The notes: a model not told the origin generated them from the sequence alone. A stretch of DNA of 57,102 bases from a virus (IMGVR_UViG_3300017430_000001:1-57102); one strand, 5' to 3'. Positions 16,069 to 22,700 are shown, counted from the first letter of the stretch. Made by a program: numbers and translations.

Positions 16069-16584
16069 TTACTCCGAGCAGAAGGTTTTGATGAGGTAGT
16101 CGTAGCGGTCTTGCATGGGTTGGAGGTTGTCGGTGATGACGTACTCTCCGAAGGTGGAGGTGCCTCCGTCAAAAACGTTCATGTCCGAGGCTGCCCATTG
16201 CCCGGCAAGGTCGGTGGAGAGGGCCATAGCGTCCCGAGAGAAGCCTTTGAGTTGCTTGGCGCATTCGGCTACGGACTGGTACTCGGGGGTTTCAGTTACC
16301 GCAACCGGGAGGTAATAGATGTTTCCCGCTTCGTCAGCGTAGAAAGACTTACCCGTTGTGCCGTGGGCCTGAGCGTCCCAAAAGCATCCGTTGCTGTCTT
16401 CGGTGGGGCAGGCAGGAGTTGTGGCTTCTACGGGGCTCTGAGGACTTCCTGCGGCGATATCTAGGGCGGTGTAGGTACCGGTAGCGGCAAGGGCCATGAC
16501 GACGGCTGTTGCTCCGATTTCCTTCCAGCGAAGGCGAAATGTACTCGAGGACTTAACCGGGTTGTTAGTGCGGTGTGTGTTCAT
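16069..16584 (-). CDS. Membrane-anchored or secreted hypothetical protein
   Basis: N-terminal basic stretch then hydrophobic IGATAVVMALAATGTYTAL. Confidence 0.6.
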   Translation of the reverse strand: MNTHRTNNPVKSSSTFRLRWKEIGATAVVMALAATGTYTALDIAAGSPQSPVEATTPACPTEDSNGCFWDAQAHGTTGKSFYADEAGNIYYLPVAVTETPEYQSVAECAKQLKGFSRDAMALSTDLAGQWAASDMNVFDGGTSTFGEYVITDNLQPMQDRYDYLIKTFCSE

Positions 16585-16590
16585 GCTTCA

Positions 16591-16619
16591 AGTATCCCCC
16601 GCCCTGACGCCTGTGTCAA
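16591..16619 (-). promoter_or_regulatory. Promoter TTGACA-N17-GATACT; ATG 16584 lies 6 nt after the -10 (leaderless geometry)
   Basis: Minus strand: cTTGACAcaggcgtcagggcggggGATACTtgaagcATG. Confidence 0.55.
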
Positions 16620-16700
16620 GTACCTTCGGCACTTTTCTTCGCTGCGCTCAGAGCAACCCCTACGCGGGAAAAGTTGAAAACCGCTGTACGGCTGTTTAAA

Positions 16701-16746
16701 GACCGAAAACCCCCGCTACCTAGGTCGGAGTACCCGGGACGGGGGT
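16701..16746 (-). terminator. Rho-independent-type terminator after gene 16766..17071
   Basis: ACCCCCG-N24-CGGGGGT followed by TTTCGG on the minus strand. Confidence 0.5.
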
Positions 16747-16765
16747 CAGGTCGTTCAAACGCCTA

Positions 16766-17071
16766 TCAGACTGTAGCGTTTGAGGATTTCCGGGCATGTT
16801 CTAGACGTGCGGCAAGGGCTGCCTTCTGTTCATCGGTGAGGGGCTTACGTGTGTGCTTGAAACCCTTAAGCGGATCGAACCCACCAGCCGGGATCAAATA
16901 CTCTCGGGCCTCTACGCGGTCTTCGATTGCCCAGGTGCGTCGAACGGTAGCTTTGCCCTCTTCCACGCGCTTATCCAGGGCGCGAATGTGCACGGGGTTG
17001 GCAGTGTATACACTCGTATCCCCGTTTCGAATCTGAGTGACGGTGGTTTCTTGCTCTTCCATTGCGGTCAT
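16766..17071 (-). CDS. Hypothetical protein
   Basis: ORF track. Confidence 0.55.
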   Translation of the reverse strand: MTAMEEQETTVTQIRNGDTSVYTANPVHIRALDKRVEEGKATVRRTWAIEDRVEAREYLIPAGGFDPLKGFKHTRKPLTDEQKAALAARLEHARKSSNATV

Positions 17072-17077
17072 ATGTCG

Positions 17078-17106
17078 ATTCTCTCAGTCGGTGACGGCGT
17101 TGTCAA
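17078..17106 (-). promoter_or_regulatory. Promoter TTGACA-N17-GAGAAT; ATG 17071 lies 6 nt after the -10 (leaderless geometry)
   Basis: Minus strand: cTTGACAacgccgtcaccgactgaGAGAATcgacatATG. Confidence 0.5.
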
Positions 17107-17221
17107 GGGGCATTCGAGCGCCGTCGTGCATCCAGGAAAGAAGCTCGCATTCGGCGCAGTACGGTGTGCGACCGTCGCTTACGAAACGGTGGTCGGTGTC
17201 GTACATCGTGTTGTAGCGCAT
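17084..17221 (-). CDS. Tiny protein (45 aa, MRYNTMYDTDHRFVSDGRTPYCAEC..)
   Basis: My translation; TAATG junction with the upstream gene. Confidence 0.35.
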   Translation of the reverse strand: MRYNTMYDTDHRFVSDGRTPYCAECELLSWMHDGARMPLDNAVTD

Positions 17222-17421
17222 TAGATGACCTTCTGAACGGTAGCGGTGCGGGGAAGGATCAGAGACCAGTCCTGACCCACAAAGTCAATGGCGATATCGG
17301 GCAGGCCAGTGCGGGAGTTGACGATGCTGTCCCGGAAAGATTCAACCTGGAAAACTTCACCGTTGACAACCAAACGGTCGTTCTCTCGAAGGTTTGCGGG
17401 GTACGTGGTCTGAGTGTTCAT
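17221..17421 (-). CDS. Hypothetical protein (start MNTQTTYPANL)
   Basis: ORF track; AGGAGG upstream of the ATG at 17421. Confidence 0.55.
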   Translation of the reverse strand: MNTQTTYPANLRENDRLVVNGEVFQVESFRDSIVNSRTGLPDIAIDFVGQDWSLILPRTATVQKVI

Positions 17422-17453
17422 GGTGTCCTCCTGTGTGGGTTGCTGTTGATCCA

Positions 17454-17482
17454 ATTCTGCCCGGTCGGTGCCGGCGTGTCAA
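17454..17482 (-). promoter_or_regulatory. Promoter TTGACA-N17-CAGAAT
   Basis: Minus strand: ggTTGACAcgccggcaccgaccgggCAGAAT; an 11-mer CTCGCGTACGG lies just upstream. Confidence 0.45.
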
Positions 17483-17805
17483 CCCCGTACGCGAGTTTTT
17501 TTCGGAGTTCGCTAGACGCCGATCTAACGCGACAGAATCCGTTCCGTGGGTAGTTTGCCGTACGCGAGGGTTTAGGCCGTTAGAATGGCGCACAGGGCGT
17601 TACAGGGGGTATTTAGCCCTGTCCTGTTCGTAGCCTTCACGCGGGGCAAAGATTGCCCACTCTATCGGCATGGTCGGTTCGTACGCGGATCGGTACTCTA
17701 GATTGTCCAACGGGTTTCCTATGCTCCAGGGCAGCGGGTCGAGTTTCATAAATGTTCCAGTTCTTTACGGACGCGAAACTTACTTTTGTTAAATTTGGGC
17801 GTTTT

Positions 17806-17997
17806 TTAAAGAACGGATATGTCCAACCATTCTTGCCGGGTAAAAACTTCTTCGCGATAGAGCCAATACGCACAAAAAGCGCAGTTCGTATCCCTTGTGG
17901 CCTGTGCTAAACGGGCTGTCTCAATGGGCTCCCCACACACCACACGGTTGTTGTACCTGTCGTAAGCGTGGGTGAGGCTGTCAGGATCGGGCATCAC
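17806..17997 (-). CDS. Zn-ribbon-like hypothetical protein (C..C..CAFC)
   Basis: ORF track; GTGA overlap with the upstream ORF. Confidence 0.5.
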   Translation of the reverse strand: MMPDPDSLTHAYDRYNNRVVCGEPIETARLAQATRDTNCAFCAYWLYREEVFTRQEWLDISVL

Positions 17998-18173
17998 AGC
18001 GCCTCAATCTCAGCGATCCAGTCAGCGTACGTACGCGCAACAACACGGCCACGAACGGTGCCCCGATTAGCCCCCGCGGTGTAGTCGAAGCTACCGATAC
18101 GCTCACCTGTAGTGTCGTCCACTGCAATGGTGTCGTACTTGCGGGTGATGATGTCGTAACCATTGATGTTCAT
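17994..18173 (-). CDS. Hypothetical protein (59 aa, MNINGYDIITRKYDTIAVDD..), preferred over track ORF 17981..18163
   Basis: My translation; AGGAT upstream; ordinary composition, whereas the track ORF is Ser/Thr/Arg-rich. Confidence 0.45.
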   Translation of the reverse strand: MNINGYDIITRKYDTIAVDDTTGERIGSFDYTAGANRGTVRGRVVARTYADWIAEIEAL

Positions 18174-18202
18174 TGGTCTTATCCTTTCGAGGTTGTACGT
18201 TC

Positions 18203-18232
18203 AGCCTAGCGGGTTGGTGTACGCGGTGTCAA
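18203..18232 (-). promoter_or_regulatory. Promoter TTGACA-N18-TAGGCT
   Basis: Minus strand: cTTGACAccgcgtacaccaacccgcTAGGCT. Confidence 0.5.
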
Positions 18233-18369
18233 GAGGCGAATACGGGGTTGTAGATAGCGTCACTATCCATTACGTCTTCGGTTGCGGTGTAGCAGCACAC
18301 GCACTCCCCGTTGGGCCACAGGTCATAGCCATCAGTGAGGCGCTTGCAGGATGCGCAGTAGTAAGTCAT
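18229..18369 (-). CDS. Tiny Zn-ribbon protein (46 aa, MTYYCASCKRL..CVCC..)
   Basis: My translation. Confidence 0.35.
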   Translation of the reverse strand: MTYYCASCKRLTDGYDLWPNGECVCCYTATEDVMDSDAIYNPVFAS

Positions 18370-18372
18370 GGG

Positions 18373-18492
18373 TTAGTCCAGGCTCCAAGTGGGGTGATAG
18401 CCTGAGGTGTAGCCGTCCTCGATCTGACGTGCAATGTCACGCAGGGTGGCAGCGATATCGTAACTGTCGTCAAGTTCAACGGTGATGTTCAT
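18373..18492 (-). CDS. Tiny protein (39 aa, MNITVELDDSYDIAATLRD..), first leftward gene
   Basis: My translation; GGGA upstream. Confidence 0.35.
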   Translation of the reverse strand: MNITVELDDSYDIAATLRDIARQIEDGYTSGYHPTWSLD

Positions 18493-18519
18493 GATGTGAT
18501 CCCTTCGTTGTTGGTAGTT

Positions 18520-18550
18520 ACAGTATGGCAAGGATTGGTGCTGAGGTCAA
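18520..18550 (-). promoter_or_regulatory. Leftward promoter TTGACC-N18/19-(A)TACTGT
   Basis: Minus strand: cTTGACCtcagcaccaatccttgccaTACTGT. Confidence 0.45.
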
Positions 18551-18709
18551 GCTGTACGCGGGGGTATTTTGGTAACAGATTGGTAACGGTGGGGTAGGTG
18601 GCTGGGTAGGGGCGGCATGTATACCTACGCATGTGTAAGTGCTTGACTTCGGTTCCGAGGTGTGCCTATGCGGGCGGGGAAACGTTACGCTTTCGTTATG
18701 TGTTTGGGG

Positions 18710-18738
18710 TTGACAAGACTTCTCATCTTTTATAGGAT
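18710..18738 (+). promoter_or_regulatory. Rightward promoter TTGACA-N17-TAGGAT
   Basis: ggTTGACAagacttctcatcttttaTAGGATtgg. Confidence 0.6.
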
Positions 18739-18773
18739 TGGAGGGTACGCCTGTGTGTGGGGGCAGCTCGCAT

Positions 18774-18859
18774 AGATTTTTCGCCCCTAAATTTTCCGTA
18801 CCCGAGCAGATTTTTCATTCCCAGTTTTTCCCAGCCGAGCACCCTTCCCGAAATTTTTC
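18774..18859 (+). repeat. Five TTTT(T)C pyrimidine repeats in the about 165-nt leader of the first rightward gene
   Basis: T-runs begin at 18777, 18792, 18811, 18825 and 18854, each preceded by A/G-A and followed by C-rich bases. Confidence 0.6.
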
Positions 18860-18910
18860 TTGTGCTACAGTTGTTTTATATAGTGGGACAAACGATCCCA
18901 CCTCGGAGGT

Positions 18911-19267
18911 ATGATGGACGTTCGTAAGGCAGATTCTAAAGGTCGCGTGGCACTGGGTCTACCCAATATTCAATACAAGGTTCACAAATTGGGTGGGACC
19001 GTTCTGTTGGAGCCGTTTATCGACCCGCTGGAAATTATGGAGCACCCCGCACCCAAGCCTGCGCAGGACTACCTGAGAGCCTTTGGTTTGGACCCCATGA
19101 AGATTGCGATTGACGGGGCTAACGACCTGGGTTACGATGAGTTTGCGTACACCGAGAACGGGCGTAAGGAAATTCAGTATGGACGCGTGAAGACCATCCG
19201 CAAGCCCTGGCCGGAAGGTTTCGACTGGAACGTGTTTGTACAACTGGCTGTTGGATTGATTCAGTGA
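18911..19267 (+). CDS. AbrB/SpoVT-type DNA-binding domain protein
   Basis: N-terminus VRKADSKGRVALGLPNIQYKVHKLGGTVLLEP resembles the swapped-hairpin AbrB/MazE fold signature. Confidence 0.55.
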   Translation: MMDVRKADSKGRVALGLPNIQYKVHKLGGTVLLEPFIDPLEIMEHPAPKPAQDYLRAFGLDPMKIAIDGANDLGYDEFAYTENGRKEIQYGRVKTIRKPWPEGFDWNVFVQLAVGLIQ

Positions 19268-19431
19268 CCCGCACAACCCAAGTCGAGTGGCATGAGGACC
19301 GCCCGTTCGTTCACTTTGGTTCGCCGCCCGAGGTAACCTACTGGCGCGAGGAACCCAAGCCCAAGAAGAAAAAGAAGCCCGTGAGGCTGAAAGAGCCGAA
19401 GACCTACTACCCGGGGAGAGGTAAGAAGTGA
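19264..19431 (+). CDS. Small basic protein (55 aa, contains KPKKKKKP)
   Basis: My translation; GTGA overlap. Confidence 0.4.
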   Translation: MTRTTQVEWHEDRPFVHFGSPPEVTYWREEPKPKKKKKPVRLKEPKTYYPGRGKK

Positions 19432-19460
19432 AAGGCTTTATGGTTTGGAGGGGTACGAGA

Positions 19461-19601
19461 ATGCCCGTACTCGATGTGGTTTACGAGCCGAAGATTGATG
19501 AAAGGGGCGTACGAGCTGGGTGGATAGCGACAACAGACGATATTATTGCTTCCCGAATGTTTTACCCTGAGGACATGTTCGACTTTGAAGAGGAACTGTG
19601 A
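19461..19601 (+). CDS. Small acidic protein (46 aa, MPVLDVVYEPK..)
   Basis: My translation; GGAGGGG 7 nt upstream. Confidence 0.4.
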   Translation: MPVLDVVYEPKIDERGVRAGWIATTDDIIASRMFYPEDMFDFEEEL

Positions 19602-19804
19602 CACGACTATCGCCCGTTGAGAAGACGACGCAGTACGCCACGACCGTAGACACCTTGCAAGCAGCCTTCGAGTTCGTGTGGGACCACATGGATGAGTTGG
19701 GCGGCACTCCGCAGATCATCATTAGCCCGCTGGAAATTCACTCCGAAGACGGCATCCAAAGCGCTTTCGAGGTCGTCGTATCCAACATGAACGAGACGAA
19801 ATAA
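19598..19804 (+). CDS. Hypothetical protein
   Basis: ORF track. Confidence 0.5.
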   Translation: MTRLSPVEKTTQYATTVDTLQAAFEFVWDHMDELGGTPQIIISPLEIHSEDGIQSAFEVVVSNMNETK

Positions 19805-20055
19805 TGTGCAACCACTCGGACAGGGAAGCAGCCATGTCGGTAATCATGCGGGACGGGAGTGGGAAACCGACTGTTTGGTGTGATCCGTGTCTTGAACCAC
19901 TGATTAGGGCTTTAAACGAAAACGGCTTACCCACTATCGCCTCTTGCTGCGGACACGACAACCAGCCCGGACGAGTAACTTTGCGGGACGGTACTGACCT
20001 TATTGTGACCGATTTTACTACGGCAAGTTCCTTCTTTGAGAGATACGGTAATTAG
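19804..20055 (+). CDS. Cys/His-rich hypothetical protein (CDPC..SCCGH)
   Basis: ORF track. Confidence 0.5.
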   Translation: MCNHSDREAAMSVIMRDGSGKPTVWCDPCLEPLIRALNENGLPTIASCCGHDNQPGRVTLRDGTDLIVTDFTTASSFFERYGN

Positions 20056-20068
20056 ATAGTCCTAGGCC

Positions 20069-20087
20069 ACTGATAAATTTAATACGA
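20069..20087 (+). promoter_or_regulatory. Motif copy ACTGATAAATTTAATACGA (extended -10)
   Basis: Member of the ACTGATAAACTGGTATAAG family; followed only by a hairpin and a terminator. Confidence 0.45.
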
Positions 20088-20108
20088 TCACATCGGCACC
20101 TGTGCCCG

Positions 20109-20140
20109 AAAACCCCTTCTTAACCGGAGGGGTTTTCGTT
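20109..20140 (+). terminator. Rho-independent terminator
   Basis: AAAACCCCT-N10-AGGGGTTTT followed by cgtt. Confidence 0.7.
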
Positions 20141-20167
20141 GTCCCCCAAATGACCGACAAAGACCCG

Positions 20168-20186
20168 ACTGATAAACTAGTTAGGA
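20168..20186 (+). promoter_or_regulatory. Motif copy ACTGATAAACTAGTTAGGA
   Basis: TGATAAACT lies 28 nt upstream of the ATG at 20206. Confidence 0.5.
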
Positions 20187-20205
20187 CGCTTAAAAAGAGG
20201 ACGAC

Positions 20206-20649
20206 ATGCGGAAGAAACTGATTCACTGGGTGCATTGGAGTAAGACGCCCATTATCGTTCCGCGGTGGCTTTTAACGATGAAGTACGCCGGTTTCATCAT
20301 CCTCGGCATCTTTTCTGCGCTATCGGGGGGTTTGCGAACTCTTAACACCGTGTCTGTGGATGTTTACCCAACGATTTGGTCATTCGGGGTTATTGCAGTG
20401 GGGGCAGCGGCTTTGGTGGGGTCGCTGAGGGAAAAATGGGAATGCCACGTAGAGAAGTGGGCGGGGCTTGTTCTCTTCGGATTACTGCTTTCATGGGCGT
20501 TTGCGTCGATGATTATTGCCTTTAATGAGGGTGATTTGGCACGAGCTACGGGTGCATTCGCTATTTTGCTGCTGTCAATGCTCCCGGGGGTACGATCTTT
20601 CAGCCTGCTTTCTCAGCATGGCGTTGGCGGGGGTAGCAAGAAGGTATGA
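20206..20649 (+). CDS. Integral membrane protein (about 4 TM helices)
   Basis: Four hydrophobic stretches in the ORF-track protein. Confidence 0.6.
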   Translation: MRKKLIHWVHWSKTPIIVPRWLLTMKYAGFIILGIFSALSGGLRTLNTVSVDVYPTIWSFGVIAVGAAALVGSLREKWECHVEKWAGLVLFGLLLSWAFASMIIAFNEGDLARATGAFAILLLSMLPGVRSFSLLSQHGVGGGSKKV

Positions 20650-21068
20650 ATTGGGAAGCACTCATCGTCCCCTCCATCCCGGGAGTCCTCGCCCTTATCG
20701 GCGTCGTATACGGGGTGTACGCATCTCGCCGGAACAAAATTGACGAAACAGATTCCACCAAGCAAGCCCGCCGGGAGCCTACCTGGAACGAGGTTGTGAA
20801 CGAGAACCGTCAACTGCGTAAAGACCTGGACGAGCAGAAGAAAGACCACGAAGACGCTATCAAGAAGTTGGAAGAGCGCTTCGATGCCTTCGAGAAAAAG
20901 ACGAATACCCGCATCGGTGGCCTGAGCAACATGCTTCATGAGGCGAGTCGCCAATGGCCGTCTGACCGCGAGGGACCCTACTTCGACCAGGAGTACCTAG
21001 ACGCCCTGGAGAACACCGACGTTCCCTACATCTGGCGAAATCGGGTGCGCCCCGGGGGTGCGGTGTGA
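20646..21068 (+). CDS. Single-pass membrane protein with a coiled-coil domain
   Basis: N-terminal IVPSIPGVLALIGVVYGVY, then charged heptad-like ENRQLRKDLDEQKKDHEDAIKKLEERF. Confidence 0.6.
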   Translation: MNWEALIVPSIPGVLALIGVVYGVYASRRNKIDETDSTKQARREPTWNEVVNENRQLRKDLDEQKKDHEDAIKKLEERFDAFEKKTNTRIGGLSNMLHEASRQWPSDREGPYFDQEYLDALENTDVPYIWRNRVRPGGAV

Positions 21069-21379
21069 ACCCGTACGATGCTATCCGGTGGATCAACATT
21101 GTCGCGCTTTCACTTGTTGTACTGGGTCTATCAATATCCGCGTGGGTGTATCGTCGTTACCCTCTTAACGTCAAAGGCGTAGCACTCGGGCTGTTCGCGG
21201 TTTCGGGTTTGTACTCTACCGTGGAAGCACTTATCAACAACGTCCCGGGCGGCATTCGTTCCGTAACCGTTCTGTTCGTAGCGTTGGTTGCGGTCATCTT
21301 GATCTACACGCCTATGGTTGAGTGCTGGGTGACGAACGTTCGCCGCCGCAAGCAATTCCGCGGCCCTGATCTCGACTAG
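21065..21379 (+). CDS. Integral membrane protein (about 3 TM helices)
   Basis: Hydrophobic stretches in the ORF-track protein. Confidence 0.6.
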   Translation: MNPYDAIRWINIVALSLVVLGLSISAWVYRRYPLNVKGVALGLFAVSGLYSTVEALINNVPGGIRSVTVLFVALVAVILIYTPMVECWVTNVRRRKQFRGPDLD

Positions 21380-21432
21380 CAAGCTCGGCTGACAACTCGC
21401 GCTCACTCCGTTTGCTGACAGTTTACTGAGAA

Positions 21433-21465
21433 CCCTCTTGTTTTCGAGCAAGGGGGCTTTTCTTT
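21433..21465 (+). terminator. Rho-independent terminator
   Basis: CCCTCTTG-N8-CAAGGGGG followed by CTTTTCTTT. Confidence 0.7.
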
Positions 21466-21495
21466 GCCCTAGAGTAGACACAGGAGGAAAATACA

Positions 21496-21975
21496 ATGAC
21501 TTTTAAAGTAGGCGACTACGTTCGATTGATTGGGCCTAATTGGCGTCCCGAAGAAAAAACGGCGGTAATTGCAGAAACTAACTGGGACGGCCCGACCAGT
21601 TATCGTGTCCGCGTGGATGGGTTTACGTATTCAGATGATCCTGAAGATGGGCACGAGGCGGATGAGTCGGAAATTGAAAAGATCGAGACGTGGGCGACTG
21701 TGGGGGACAAAGCAATCGGCCAATTAAAGGGTTCCCTCGAAGAGTTCATTGAAGCTAACACCCGAAAGGGCGGCAGTTACTACGACTTCCCGGGCGGCGT
21801 AGAAGTTCGGCAGATTTCGGCCCACCTTACCGGATTTGGCGCACAGGCGCTTCAGTACGTGGCACGTTCCACTCGACTTGACGGCAAGAACAAGGGCGAC
21901 GTCGTATCGGACCTTCGAAAAGCCATCGACTTTATTACGTGGGAAATTGAACGACTTCAGGGGGATGCCGAATGA
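21496..21975 (+). CDS. DUF3310-like protein
   Basis: C-terminal YYDFPGGVEVRQI..ALQYVARS..DLRKAIDFITWEIERL resembles the DUF3310 pattern. Confidence 0.5.
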   Translation: MTFKVGDYVRLIGPNWRPEEKTAVIAETNWDGPTSYRVRVDGFTYSDDPEDGHEADESEIEKIETWATVGDKAIGQLKGSLEEFIEANTRKGGSYYDFPGGVEVRQISAHLTGFGAQALQYVARSTRLDGKNKGDVVSDLRKAIDFITWEIERLQGDAE

Positions 21976-22208
21976 CCATTGACGAGATCGAACAGTGGAT
22001 TTACAATTACTACCAGTCCATGACTGCGCGTATTACTGAACTCAAAGGCCCTGTGGTTGCGGGCTACACCAAAGTTCAAGAAGTGGGCGAGATTGCAAAT
22101 TACTGGGCCGTTGCCGATTCGCTTTACCTTGAAGATGCTAAGAAGTTGACTTACAAGGAATGCGTAAACGAGTACGGAACAATGACTGCGATGGAGCGTG
22201 AGTTTTGA
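21972..22208 (+). CDS. Hypothetical protein
   Basis: ORF track; 4-nt overlap. Confidence 0.5.
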   Translation: MTIDEIEQWIYNYYQSMTARITELKGPVVAGYTKVQEVGEIANYWAVADSLYLEDAKKLTYKECVNEYGTMTAMEREF

Positions 22209-22387
22209 GCGAGGAACTGATTGAGCGCTATCTGTTGCAGGAAATGGTGGCGTACGGTTTGATTTCGTGGGATCGAGACGACAGTTACGTTTACGAGGGT
22301 CATCATCATCATCATCAGGACTACGCCGTAGAGGTTCGCGTCCTACCGCTAGGTACGAAGAGCGTTCGATTGAAGGAGAGGGAATGA
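22205..22387 (+). CDS. Hypothetical protein with a native His5 tract
   Basis: ORF track; (CAT)5 at 22301-22315. Confidence 0.5.
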   Translation: MSEELIERYLLQEMVAYGLISWDRDDSYVYEGHHHHHQDYAVEVRVLPLGTKSVRLKERE

Positions 22388-22569
22388 GCAAGAAACCCCG
22401 CCATTTTATTCCTTACGGCTCTTACTTTGCGCCGTGTGACTATATTACAGACACACGTCACGCTGATCAGGAAACCGACCGCCGGAAGGAAGTTACCTGC
22501 CCCGAGTGTCAAAGAAGCATGAAAGATTTGGGTGACTTACCGGAACCCGTTACGCATTATCGTAACTGA
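22384..22569 (+). CDS. Zn-ribbon-like hypothetical protein (61 aa, ..C..CPEC..)
   Basis: ORF track 22267..22569, trimmed to the ATG at 22384 (ATGA overlap, GAAGGAGAGGG upstream). Confidence 0.5.
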   Translation: MSKKPRHFIPYGSYFAPCDYITDTRHADQETDRRKEVTCPECQRSMKDLGDLPEPVTHYRN

Positions 22570-22583
22570 TAAACTGAAATAAG
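22565..22583 (+). promoter_or_regulatory. Motif copy ACTGATAAACTGAAATAAG overlapping the stop TGA at 22567
   Basis: Followed by about 100 nt of structured noncoding sequence and a terminator. Confidence 0.45.
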
Positions 22584-22640
22584 CGAATTACACTCCCACG
22601 ATTCGCAAGTAGGCTCCCACCCCTCCTGGCCTGCGGGCTT

Positions 22641-22688
22641 AACCCCTTTCGTTGTTGGTCTTAGATCACCGAGAGGGGTTTTGTCTTG
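22641..22688 (+). terminator. Rho-independent terminator
   Basis: AACCCCTTTC-N20-GAGAGGGGTT (10 bp, one G-U pair) followed by TTGTCTTG. Confidence 0.65.
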
Positions 22689-22700
22689 CCCGAAAACATA

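Noticed and set aside
17981-18163. 60-aa track ORF
   Set aside because: It has odd Ser/Thr/Arg-rich composition. A 59-aa ORF in another frame (17994..18173) has an SD-like sequence, an ATG start and coupling to the next gene.
14456-18232. TGTCAAG motifs as Cluster-A-style stoperators (L5 GGTGGMTGTCAAG)
   Set aside because: Each copy is the -35 TTGACA of a promoter, with a TAnnnT-type -10 exactly 17-18 nt downstream on the minus strand. No repressor or integrase gene was found.
18911-19601. AbrB/MazE-like gene plus small downstream ORFs as a toxin-antitoxin pair
   Set aside because: The downstream ORFs show no MazF, PIN or Doc-like features. The AbrB-like protein is longer than typical antitoxins and heads a long operon.
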